DNA of 23,538 bases from Bdellovibrio sp. Lineage in GTDB: Bacteria; Bdellovibrionota; Bdellovibrionia; Bdellovibrionales; Bdellovibrionaceae. The DNA is taken from the NCBI GenBank assembly GCA_046318155.1, contig JBKCUU010000046.1:1-23538 (forward strand). Reading direction: 5' to 3'. The position numbers were made by a program, and so were the translations under genes. Every line of letters starts with the position of its first letter. The stretch's first letter is position 1. The notes beneath the pieces were generated by a model, which ran no database searches, was not told the DNA's origin, and was given only the letters and a program-made list of their open reading frames with translations. Positions 15,907 to 23,538 of the stretch are shown in pieces.

Positions 15907-16287
15907 ATGGCAAAGACCAATGCGATCGGATGGTTTGATATTTACGTCGATGATATGAAGAGAGCCTCCTCTTTTTATGAGGCTGTGCTAAAGCTAAAAC
16001 TTGAAAAAATAGGTGATCCTACTGGTGAAACGCAGATGCTGAGCTTCCCAGCCGATATGACGTCATATGGTGCCTCAGGGGCGTTAGTGAAATCGAGTCA
16101 TTCCGGCCCAGGAGTCGGCGGCACGATGATCTACTTTAGCGTCTCAGATTGCTCTGTCGAGGAATCACGAGTCGTAGCTGCTGGCGGTAAAGTCATCAGA
16201 TCAAAGTTTTCAATTGGAGACTTCGGCTGGGTGACCTTGTGTGAAGATACCGAGGGAAATAGGGTCGGTTTCAGCTCAATGAAATAA
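15907..16287 (+). CDS. VOC/glyoxalase-bleomycin resistance family protein
   Basis: Motifs WFDIYVDDMKRASSFY, IYFSV, AGGKVI, EDTEGNRVG. Confidence 0.92.
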   Translation: MAKTNAIGWFDIYVDDMKRASSFYEAVLKLKLEKIGDPTGETQMLSFPADMTSYGASGALVKSSHSGPGVGGTMIYFSVSDCSVEESRVVAAGGKVIRSKFSIGDFGWVTLCEDTEGNRVGFSSMK

Positions 16288-16305
16288 GTTCGCCCCGGCT
16301 ACTTG

Positions 16306-16725
16306 CTACGGCTCTTCGCCTTTATCCATTTGCTTGCGCATCTTTTGTTCCCAATGGTTCAGGCGCTTGCGGGCTTTTTCGGGCTGCTGCTTGACGGTCT
16401 CGTCAAATAGCTTTTTGTCAGTATCTTTAATACTCACCAGGATTTGAGCGATATCAAACTGGTCATCTTTTTCAACGAGTCTTGCCGCCAGAGGCAGGAC
16501 TTTCGTAAACTCTTTTTTGCGGATCTCTGCAGATTTTGAAAACTCCGCCGTCTCGAGATAATCAGCCAAGGTTCGCGCCGCGGTCACTTCATTTTCGTCC
16601 GCCTCGGCTTGGATTTTGTCCATCTTTTCGCACACGAGACAGGCTGAAGCTGAAGGTGTTGGCGCCAACGGATTTTGCGCAAACAAAGCGCCACTTAAAG
16701 ATAAAATCAAAATCAGAGATGTCAT
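16306..16725 (-). CDS. Small secreted helical protein; candidate immunity or partner protein
   Basis: Signal peptide MTSLILILSLSGALFA, a CxxC (CLVC) and a charged helical body; its ATG overlaps the upstream TGA (16722-16725). Confidence 0.7.
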   Translation of the reverse strand: MTSLILILSLSGALFAQNPLAPTPSASACLVCEKMDKIQAEADENEVTAARTLADYLETAEFSKSAEIRKKEFTKVLPLAARLVEKDDQFDIAQILVSIKDTDKKLFDETVKQQPEKARKRLNHWEQKMRKQMDKGEEP

Positions 16726-17411
16726 CGTCGATTGTCCCTTCTCGTTCCCGTGGCCCGTTTCTTGGGTCGGCTTTGTCGTTGCGGTGAGTCCGCAATGCCT
16801 TGTCCGCAGCGGCCAATCGCGCTGGCCTGGATGCTTTCAGCGTCGGCAAAAAAACAGCCCGTCAACGTGCGCCGTCCTGGAGGGATCGCCAAGCGGTCAA
16901 TGCGGTCCGATCCCGAGGCATAGTAATGATAGGCCCCATCGCTGCCGAGCACTTCAATATGGCCCGCCGTATCGCCAGTTCGGCGCTTGTGAGGTCGGCC
17001 TGGATACCGGCCGGAATAAACTAAAATGGCGCCGGGTGTACTGCATCTGGACATGTCGTTGCGAAACCCCGCTCGCGGAAGGTCTTGCATGGCATTGATT
17101 GCGTTCCCACCCGAGAGAACACCCCGAACGCAGTTCAGATTTTTTTGCAAGGCATGGGCAATTATTTTTTTAACGGCTCTGTAGCAAACCGGCCCTTCAT
17201 TGGTTCGGCCCACACCCAGCGCGGCGCTGTTTGCCAGCTGGGAGGTCATATCCCCGCCGCCGCTGCTATTAAAGCCACTGCCGGCCGAGACGTTGCTTTG
17301 AAAGGGGTTGCCTGAACTGGATTGCACGCGGTCCGCGGAGGTGCTGGGCTGCATTCCGTTGGCGACTTGTAAAAACAAAAAGCTGAGAGAGCTTAAAAAC
17401 AAAATTTTCAC
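16722..17411 (-). CDS. Secreted Cys-His papain-fold (NlpC/P60/CHAP-like) putative peptidoglycan amidase
   Basis: GTG start, signal peptide, S/G-rich linker, then CYRAVK...GGNA...AGF...PGAILVY...AGHIEV, the order expected for Cys-His amidases. Confidence 0.65.
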   Translation of the reverse strand: MKILFLSSLSFLFLQVANGMQPSTSADRVQSSSGNPFQSNVSAGSGFNSSGGGDMTSQLANSAALGVGRTNEGPVCYRAVKKIIAHALQKNLNCVRGVLSGGNAINAMQDLPRAGFRNDMSRCSTPGAILVYSGRYPGRPHKRRTGDTAGHIEVLGSDGAYHYYASGSDRIDRLAIPPGRRTLTGCFFADAESIQASAIGRCGQGIADSPQRQSRPKKRATGTRRDNRR

Positions 17412-17492
17412 TTAAATATCAGTTTACAAGAGCAAGGCGCTCATTCAAGGCCGGGACAGGGCTCATCTCTTTGAGCTAGGCGATCGTCTGGT

Positions 17493-18398
17493 TTAACTTA
17501 AACAAAACCAAGTGACCTCATGCTTGTTGTGCTGAAGGTGGACGGCTTTGGAATTGGGAATCTCTAGAAACTGACTCAAGGTTTTGCTGTCGGTTTCACC
17601 CTTAAACTTGATCGTGCAGACAAAGTTCTGGGCCCACTTTTGTTCGCGCCACTGGGTCACCAAAGCGAGTAAGTCCTGGGGAAAGCAAATCAAGTCCGAA
17701 AAAAACCAATCGACCGGGCCCACGAGCGATTGTAAATCCTGCGCAAACGCATCTTTGCGAAGCCACTTCACGCCCTTCATTCGAAGCACTTTGGGATCCA
17801 TTTCGCCTTTATCAACGGCAATGACCGGGCATCCGCGATTGGCGAGCACCCACGTCCAACCCCCAGGTGCGCTCCCGAGCTCGAGACAAGTTTCACCAGG
17901 CTTCGGAGCAAAACCCTCACGAGTAAAGAGCTCCCATAACTTTAAATAGGCGCGCGAAGGGGCCGCTTTTGATTCCTCAAATTCCCAAGAAAAGGGTGGA
18001 ACCGCAGGTTTAAGCTCGGGCGAAAACCAAAGCTCATTCTCATCGACCAACGAGTAGACGCCCAAAGGACCCGAGGGAACGGTCTCAAAAGCTTTGCGTT
18101 TGCGTGAAATCAAAGGACGAAGGCCCTGACGGATCAGTTCGCTTCGGCGAAAGTGCGACATCGAAGACTCGCACCAAAGCTTGCCCCGAGTCTTCAGTTC
18201 GTTTTGCGCTTGTGAGATCGAATCAAAAAAAAGTTCTTCGGCTTGCGAGGCACGAGCCTGAGCCCAAACGAAAGAGTGCTCCGAAGCTTCGACAAAAAAG
18301 AGGTGTTCTTTGCGGGCACGAACTTTGACTTTTTTTTGCACCAGTTCCCGAGCGAGTTCTTCTGCAAAGTCGGGAGCGGCCCAAAGAAGTTCTTTCAC
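17493..18398 (-). CDS. rlmM: RlmM-like (FtsJ-domain) 23S rRNA 2'-O-methyltransferase
   Basis: Motifs APSRAYLKLWE, LELGSAPGGWT, VIAVD, DAF, DWFFSD, HNKHEVT; GTG 18398 preceded by AAGGGAG. Confidence 0.75.
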   Translation of the reverse strand: MKELLWAAPDFAEELARELVQKKVKVRARKEHLFFVEASEHSFVWAQARASQAEELFFDSISQAQNELKTRGKLWCESSMSHFRRSELIRQGLRPLISRKRKAFETVPSGPLGVYSLVDENELWFSPELKPAVPPFSWEFEESKAAPSRAYLKLWELFTREGFAPKPGETCLELGSAPGGWTWVLANRGCPVIAVDKGEMDPKVLRMKGVKWLRKDAFAQDLQSLVGPVDWFFSDLICFPQDLLALVTQWREQKWAQNFVCTIKFKGETDSKTLSQFLEIPNSKAVHLQHNKHEVTWFCLS

Positions 18399-18554
18399 GG
18401 CTTCTCCCTTGTTAATAGTAAAAACTGAACAACTGAATGTCGTAGAATGAGACACTTGAAAAGGCTTAACGCGCGCCGATGCGGTTGACCTGACCGGGGT
18501 CCAAGGGGCAAGTTGCGAAGGTCACAAGAAAATGAAAGAGAAAGAGGGCTTATC

Positions 18555-18923
18555 ATGAGCATCATGAAAGAGTTCCGCGAGTTTGCAGTTAAGGGAAATG
18601 TGTTAGACATGGCGGTTGGTTTGATCATCGGGGCCGAGTTCGGCAAAATTGTGAACTCGCTTGTCTCTGACGTGATCATGCCGCCCATTGGGCTCATCAT
18701 TGGCGGCGTCGATTTTAAAAATCTCTTTGTCACGATTAAAGACGGTCTCACCCAAGCGGGCCCTTACGCGACTCTTCCCGACGCACAAAAAGCAGGAGCG
18801 GTCACAATCAACATCGGAAACTTCATCACGACTTTGATCACTTTCACGATCATTGCGTTTGCGGTTTTCATGATCGTGAAAACGATGAACAAATTCCGTA
18901 CCGAAAAACCCCAAGCTGTTTAA
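18555..18923 (+). CDS. mscL: Large-conductance mechanosensitive channel
   Basis: KEFREFAVKGNVLDMAVGLIIGAEFGKIVNSLVSDVIMP; start moved to ATG 18555 (GAGG upstream). Confidence 0.97.
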   Translation: MSIMKEFREFAVKGNVLDMAVGLIIGAEFGKIVNSLVSDVIMPPIGLIIGGVDFKNLFVTIKDGLTQAGPYATLPDAQKAGAVTINIGNFITTLITFTIIAFAVFMIVKTMNKFRTEKPQAV

Positions 18924-18932
18924 GGATTAAAG

Positions 18933-19340
18933 ATGAACTCCGTAAAACGCTATTTGAAGGCCATTTTAGTTTTGGTGATTGTCGCTTTTGCGACCTACAT
19001 TTTCGTTGAATTCTATCCGTTTATTTTTTCGAAGAAGGTTGTAGGCGTCATCGAAAACGTCGAGCGCATTCAGCTCAACGTGTCGCTCATGCAAAACTCA
19101 GGTGATGCGGGTGCAAACTCGACGATCAATCCGCAGCTCTTTTCATTTTCAGTCGCCATTAAATCAACGGACGGTGAGATTCACACGTCCTCAGCAGAAG
19201 ACAGACAGTGGGCCGTCGCCCAAAAAGGTCAGTGCGTTGAGGCCGTCCTTTATCCTTACCCGCCATGGAAACTCATGAAGGGCGGGACCTATTTTAATGC
19301 CCGTCTGGACAAACTATTTGAGTGCCAAGTGCCCAACTAA
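18933..19340 (+). CDS. Membrane-anchored hypothetical protein
   Basis: AAGGA RBS, one N-terminal TM helix, and a beta-rich domain with two Cys; 9 bp after mscL. Confidence 0.75.
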   Translation: MNSVKRYLKAILVLVIVAFATYIFVEFYPFIFSKKVVGVIENVERIQLNVSLMQNSGDAGANSTINPQLFSFSVAIKSTDGEIHTSSAEDRQWAVAQKGQCVEAVLYPYPPWKLMKGGTYFNARLDKLFECQVPN

Positions 19341-19357
19341 AGAAACGGCAGCCCGCT

Positions 19358-19837
19358 TCATTTGCGCAGGCCGATCCGGCCTTTTTCATCAAAAGGGACT
19401 TCGAGTCCCTTGACCGAAAGAGTTCCCTTGACCCAGTAAGGCACTTCTTTATCGGTCAAAACATTGAACCCTATATTCAGCAGATCCGACCAGGCCACTT
19501 CGAAAGGGAGCTCGACCGCCGTGCTTTTATTTGCGATCAGGGTGGGAAGCTCTTTCCAGTGCTGCGAGAGCACGCGTTGATCTCGGACTAAAATTTCGGC
19601 CTTCAAGTTTTCGACGAGGAGATCATAGCCATTTGGATTCTGAACATCCATTTTGAGAGCGAGCTTTATTTTCTGTAATCCAAGCTCCTCAACCTGCAGC
19701 GACTCGTTGCTAATTTTTGGCGCTTTAAAGACAGAAGAGACCAAGCTTGAGCAGCCCGCACCGAGAATCAGGACAAGGCTTACAAGAAAACCGATTCGAA
19801 AGCTGATGGTTCGACTGAAAGTTAAGATCCGCTTCAT
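19358..19837 (-). CDS. LEA type 2 (WHy domain) lipoprotein
   Basis: Lipobox GAGC; VQNPNGYDL (NPN motif); YWVKGTL...VPFDEKG C-terminus. Confidence 0.85.
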   Translation of the reverse strand: MKRILTFSRTISFRIGFLVSLVLILGAGCSSLVSSVFKAPKISNESLQVEELGLQKIKLALKMDVQNPNGYDLLVENLKAEILVRDQRVLSQHWKELPTLIANKSTAVELPFEVAWSDLLNIGFNVLTDKEVPYWVKGTLSVKGLEVPFDEKGRIGLRK

Positions 19838-19934
19838 TTTTAGTACCCTCGCTTGTCATGACGGTGATTGTGTCCGCGCTTTGCTCTTTTGTCGAGGTTT
19901 ACGATTTGCTTTTGTCTGGACTCGTTCGGGTTCT

Positions 19935-20744
19935 TCAGCCGGGTAAAACTCCGGACTTCAGTTGCACGCGGATTTGCACCAGGCTTTCGTTGTGCTTGGT
20001 CTCAAGCTCATCGGAGGTCCTCACCAAATCCAAGCAAATCTCGAGCTGTTTTTGAATCAAGCCTAGGTAGCGCGGAGAAATGCGCCGGATCAGCATTTTT
20101 TGCAAAAGCGTTTCAAATCCAAATTGTTCACCGAACTGCAGATCCCACTCGTCAAACTGTTCGTAGGACTTAATCAAGGTGTTGTCATCAGCTGAAGAGG
20201 GAAAGCGCCATTCTGTCGTTTGCAGCTGCACCGTCTCGCCCGTCATTAAGAGAAATTTGCCGTCATCGAGGTCTGCCAAGGTTTTTTCAAAAGGAATCCG
20301 TTTAAATTTTTTTTCGAGCTCTTTGCGCTGCAGAGGTCTTCGGGCCATGGTCAAGACCAAGAACAAATGATAATGCGAAATCGATTTTACCAAGATGGCA
20401 ACTTGGCGCTTCGTGAGCTCACGAGTCGACCCGTCCAGCACTGCGGTCTTTTGCAAGGGCGTGGACTCTGGCCGAGTGGGCCGCTCGCTCGGAAAGAGAT
20501 AAGCAAAGTCTGGAAATTGGCTCCGCGAGTAACTCTTGACGAGCTCGTCTTGCCATTCTTTTGGCAGTGCTTTGGCGATTTGAGAGATGAGCTGTGGGCT
20601 CGGAACGAAATCGCCATTCTCGATCTTCACAAACGTGGGGTAGTTGCATTCAAGCCCACGCTTTTGAAGCGCTGAGTGAAAACTTTTCCTGCTGGAAAAG
20701 CCCAATTCTGACCGTAAAAACGAAAGAAACCCAGTTAGAGTCAT
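19935..20744 (-). CDS. XRE-type HTH protein with a second winged-helix-like domain (TIGR02147/DUF4423-like)
   Basis: N-terminal LRSELG...YPTFVKIENG..PS..LISQIAKAL; middle ARRPLQRKELEK...EKTLADL; divergent from a secreted-protein gene. The family assignment is tentative. Confidence 0.65.
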   Translation of the reverse strand: MTLTGFLSFLRSELGFSSRKSFHSALQKRGLECNYPTFVKIENGDFVPSPQLISQIAKALPKEWQDELVKSYSRSQFPDFAYLFPSERPTRPESTPLQKTAVLDGSTRELTKRQVAILVKSISHYHLFLVLTMARRPLQRKELEKKFKRIPFEKTLADLDDGKFLLMTGETVQLQTTEWRFPSSADDNTLIKSYEQFDEWDLQFGEQFGFETLLQKMLIRRISPRYLGLIQKQLEICLDLVRTSDELETKHNESLVQIRVQLKSGVLPG

Positions 20745-20746
20745 AA

Positions 20747-20779
20747 TTTCCTTATAAGAAATAATATCTTAATAAGAAA
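20747..20779. promoter_or_regulatory. Two related palindromic boxes, candidate operators
   Basis: TTTCCTTATAAGAAA and ATCTTAATAAGAAA (CTTA-TAAG core) lie in the 94-bp divergent gap. Confidence 0.5.
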
Positions 20780-20838
20780 CTAGGCGGCAAGCCTGATCTG
20801 CACTAGGTTCCGCCCCATCAACCAAACGAGGAGTTTAA

Positions 20839-21231
20839 ATGAAACAAAGTGCTTTCGTCTCAATCTTGATTTTATTGACTAGCGCAGCGGTTTTTGCCGG
20901 TAACGGAGTCGAGAGAGAAGCCATTCTTGGAGACAAGTCATCAATGCCCTTAGAAGTTCAGGAGCGTCTTGTGCAAGTGATCAACAAGTCGTGCCCGCAA
21001 TTGGCCACTTTAAAGTACACAACTTCGGTGGACCAAGTTTTGGTTGATGTCGAGGACGTTGATCAGGGTGTTCAAGATGTGACTTATGATATCCGTTTGA
21101 TCACGTCTGTGATGGATAACTCTGGGCAATTGGAGCGCATGAAAATCGTGCTTAAGCGCTATGACGGATCGAATCCTGCGATTGACTGGTTTGAGCTCCT
21201 GGACGTTCAAACCCCCGCGTTTTGTCAGTAG
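20839..21231 (+). CDS. Secreted hypothetical protein
   Basis: GAGGAG RBS; signal peptide MKQSAFVSILILLTSAAVFA; two Cys near the two ends of the mature chain. Confidence 0.8.
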   Translation: MKQSAFVSILILLTSAAVFAGNGVEREAILGDKSSMPLEVQERLVQVINKSCPQLATLKYTTSVDQVLVDVEDVDQGVQDVTYDIRLITSVMDNSGQLERMKIVLKRYDGSNPAIDWFELLDVQTPAFCQ

Positions 21232-21251
21232 TTAAAAATGATTGAAGTGAT

Positions 21252-21280
21252 CCGAAGACCAGGATGGGCCTGATCTTCGG
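21252..21280. terminator. Stem-loop after the 20839-21231 gene, possible terminator
   Basis: CCGAAGA-C-CAGG-ATGGG-CCTG-A-TCTTCGG followed by a T-rich tract. Confidence 0.5.
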
Positions 21281-21349
21281 TGGTTTTGTGATGTTTTTGA
21301 TTTTGTGATGACAGACCAGACTGACCCCCTCATGTTTGGGCCTGATTTG

Positions 21350-21396
21350 AACTCCCGTGAGAAATCTTTTTTAGGTTTCTCTCGGGAGTTTTTTTT
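21350..21396 (+). terminator. Rho-independent terminator
   Basis: Long stem AACTCCCG-T-GAGAAA...TTTCTC-T-CGGGAGTT followed by a run of T to 21396. Confidence 0.75.
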
Positions 21397-21444
21397 GACC
21401 AAACTCATGATCAGCATCCACCGTGCGCACCACGGCTATAAAGA

Positions 21445-21981
21445 CTAAGCCAAGAGATTCTTGAGGAGAGTTTCAGCCTCATTCGCCACGATAAAACACT
21501 TGCGATGTTTGGGCTGAACGAAACCTTCTTCCGTCGCCTTGTCAGCAAAAGCGATCAGCGAGTCGAAGTAACCAGCAACATTAAGAATGCCGATCGGTTT
21601 GAGGTGCAGATTGATTTGCTTCCACGTGATGATTTCGAAAAGTTCATCGAGCGTTCCGAAGCCACCCGGAAGAGCAATAAAACCATCAGACAGGTCGGCC
21701 ATGAGTTGTTTGCGTTCGTGCATAGACTTGACGATGCGCAAGTCTTGGATCGTCTGGTGATTGATTTCTCGGCTCGACATGAAGTCAGGCATCACCCCGA
21801 TCACGTGTCCGCCCTTTTCAAGGGCACCATCAGCCACTTGCCCCATGAGGCCGACGGCGGCTCCGCCGTAAACAACCTCGAGGTTGTTAAGAGCTAAAAG
21901 CCGCCCCAAGTTTCGTGCGGCTTCGATAAAGACGGGATTCGCTTGAATGCTCGAGCCGCAAAAGACGGCGATTCGTTTCAT
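21445..21981 (-). CDS. LOG family (TIGR00730) nucleotide phosphoribohydrolase
   Basis: Motifs IAVFCGSS, VYGGAAVGLMG, MHERK, ALPGGFGTLDELFE, KPIGILN. Confidence 0.95.
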   Translation of the reverse strand: MKRIAVFCGSSIQANPVFIEAARNLGRLLALNNLEVVYGGAAVGLMGQVADGALEKGGHVIGVMPDFMSSREINHQTIQDLRIVKSMHERKQLMADLSDGFIALPGGFGTLDELFEIITWKQINLHLKPIGILNVAGYFDSLIAFADKATEEGFVQPKHRKCFIVANEAETLLKNLLA

Positions 21982-22280
21982 GCGTTTCCAGATTTACGAC
22001 GAGTGCGCCCTCCAGAGCCATAAAATTGCGTGTGAAGTTTTTGTTCAACTTCGTCGAGCGTGGCCTGGAGCATGGCCTTATAAGCGTCATCCATCGAAAC
22101 ATGATAGAGCTTGCACAGTTTTTTGAGTTTATGAATGGGCGGGCTTGAAAGGCCGCGCTCCCAGTTCGAAACAAACTGTGGCGAAGAGTAACCCAGCTCT
22201 TTTGCCACATCTGCCTGTGACAAGCCTGAGCCTTCGCGTGATTTTTTGAGAAGGTCTGCAATAGGAGCTTTGCGAATCAT
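21978..22280 (-). CDS. XRE-family HTH transcriptional regulator
   Basis: GLSQADVAKELGYSSPQFVSNWERG; GGAGG RBS before ATG 22280; stop overlaps the LOG start. Confidence 0.9.
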   Translation of the reverse strand: MIRKAPIADLLKKSREGSGLSQADVAKELGYSSPQFVSNWERGLSSPPIHKLKKLCKLYHVSMDDAYKAMLQATLDEVEQKLHTQFYGSGGRTRRKSGNA

Positions 22281-22486
22281 AAAGAACCTCCGGTCCATGT
22301 GTGTGCCCTGCCCTAAAGTCCTAGGCTAAAGGAAATCTTAACAATAGGCGAGCTCTAACGCTTCGCGCTTATCAACAATTTCCTGACACAAGCACTTAGC
22401 CCGCAAGGTCTGTGGCAATAAACAAATTTTGACTGAGAGACAGGGTCTTTTGTTTGTTCGCGAGGGACCAAAGTCCGGAGCTCTAG

Positions 22487-23538
22487 TTAAGCTCGAGGTG
22501 GGGCCTGGGTCCTGAGCGCATTTTGATTGAGTGGAGCTTCGTCCAGGTTGACCTCTTTTTGTCGCTCGAGCTTGGACATCATGAGGTACAGCGAGGGCAC
22601 GACAAACAGAGTAAAGACCGTCGAGACGAGGCTTCCGCCGATGATTGTGAGCCCCATCGGCTTTCGTGTTTCGGCCCCGATGGCATTTCCGATGACGAGC
22701 GGTAGAGCCGCGCAGACGGTCGCAATGGAGGTCATCAAAATGGGGCGTAGTCGTAACGGGCAGGCCTCGAGAAGGGCTTCTGGAACGCTCATGCCCTTGT
22801 GCCGCATCTGATTGGTGAATTCAACCAACAGGATCGAGTTCTTCTTGGCGATTCCCATGAGAACGATGATCCCAATAAAGCTAAACAGATTCAGCGACAC
22901 GCCAAACAGCCACAGCGCTAAGAAGGCTCCGGTCAAGCTAAACGGGAGCGCGATCAAGATCACAAAAGGATGAACGAACGAGTTAAACTGCACGGCCAAG
23001 ATCATGTAGGCCACCAGAATCCCGAGCAGCAGCGCTGTGATTAAACTTTTGAAAGCCTCTCGAAATCCCGAGGACGAACCCTCGAGTCCAAAAGAATAGC
23101 CGGTGGGCAAGATCTGTTTTGCGAGTTCGGCCGCCCGGTCCAAGACTTGGGCCTGCGACTTGCCCGGAGCTAAGTTGCCAAATACCGAAATGGCCCGCTG
23201 CCGGTTCAGCCGCGAAATCGATTGCAAAGCACCATCTCGCTTCATGGTGACGACTCTCTCGAGCGGCAGCAGATTTCCAAACGAGTTGCGCACGGGGATC
23301 ATCCCAATGTCCGCCTCGCTCGTGATCATTTCGTCGGGAACCTTGACCCGAATATCAAAGCGACGCCCATCAGCTGTGAAGCGCCCCTGTCGGGTTCCAC
23401 CGAGCGCGGCGGCCAGGGTCCGCGACACTTGGTCGCGGGTAACACCCCATTTTTCCATTTGCTCGGCATTTGGTTTCACAATCAGTTCAGGCAGTCCCAT
23501 TTTAAAGTCCGTGTCCAAATCCTGGGTCAGGCCTTCCT
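22487..23538 (-). CDS. RND efflux permease (AcrB/AcrD/AcrF family), 5'-partial
   Basis: Motifs YMILAVQFNS, GIAKKNSILLVEF, RLRPILMT, STVFTLFVVP; the frame stays open to the right edge. Confidence 0.95.
   Translation of the reverse strand, partial: EGLTQDLDTDFKMGLPELIVKPNAEQMEKWGVTRDQVSRTLAAALGGTRQGRFTADGRRFDIRVKVPDEMITSEADIGMIPVRNSFGNLLPLERVVTMKRDGALQSISRLNRQRAISVFGNLAPGKSQAQVLDRAAELAKQILPTGYSFGLEGSSSGFREAFKSLITALLLGILVAYMILAVQFNSFVHPFVILIALPFSLTGAFLALWLFGVSLNLFSFIGIIVLMGIAKKNSILLVEFTNQMRHKGMSVPEALLEACPLRLRPILMTSIATVCAALPLVIGNAIGAETRKPMGLTIIGGSLVSTVFTLFVVPSLYLMMSKLERQKEVNLDEAPLNQNALRTQAPPRA

Larger units (their letters stand above)
11916..16290. mobile_element. Possible degenerate genomic islet downstream of tRNA-Leu (boundaries approximate)
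   Basis: Starts right after the tRNA CCA. Hand-counted 60-nt lines at 11941-12120 and 14221 are about 40% GC, against 55% for a tsaD line. Cargo is TA-like, stress and detox genes. No integrase or clear att duplication seen. Confidence 0.4.

Noticed and set aside
16286..16303. attR-like copy of the tRNA 3' end (AAGTTCGCCCCGGCTAC)
   Set aside because: Similarity to AAGTCCTGTCCCGGGCAC is too weak and gapped to distinguish from chance.
16536..17315. Several overlapping ORFs (16536-16787, 16589-16849, 16616-17098, 17085-17315)
   Set aside because: They are shadows of the two signal-peptide-bearing minus-strand genes.
18399..18554. Upstream extensions of the rlmM-like gene and mscL, and ORF 18395-18751
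   Set aside because: Better RBS-supported starts exist at 18398 and 18555; the extra ORF is antisense to mscL.
21232..21417. 61-aa minus-strand ORF
   Set aside because: It runs through two hairpins, has no RBS or motif, and the region is better explained as structured non-coding sequence.

Overview
The window is a mostly chromosomal, gene-dense bacterial region. The gene families and the many small secreted or lipoprotein ORFans suggest a Bdellovibrionota-like predator, which is inference only. From the left: (1) a >=758-codon minus-strand gene missed by the ORF track, encoding signal peptide + HExxH gluzincin + TolB/PD40 propeller + probable outer-membrane barrel, running off the left edge; (2) a divergent pal-DUF4398-cpoB-tsaD-rsmA-smpB cluster; (3) a HAMP-like membrane protein, an 11-residue-repeat helical lipoprotein, a chromate transporter, a PilZ protein, a 25-bp palindromic tandem repeat, yihY and a secreted glycine-zipper/Cys-rich protein; (4) tRNA-Leu(CAG), followed by a lower-GC accessory stretch with no integrase (DUF4160 + BrnA-like pair, Zn alcohol dehydrogenase, USP, AraC + VOC); (5) a secreted Cys-His amidase-like gene coupled to a small secreted partner, rlmM-like, mscL, LEA_2 lipoprotein, HTH regulators, LOG and a partial RND permease. 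The best candidates for an undescribed system are the amidase/partner pair (16306-17411), the protein with a nested signal-like motif and glycine zipper (10767-11597), the non-canonical DUF4160/BrnA toxin-antitoxin pair at the tRNA, and the peptidase-propeller-barrel fusion next to pal. No database searches were run. All family calls rest on motif recognition.
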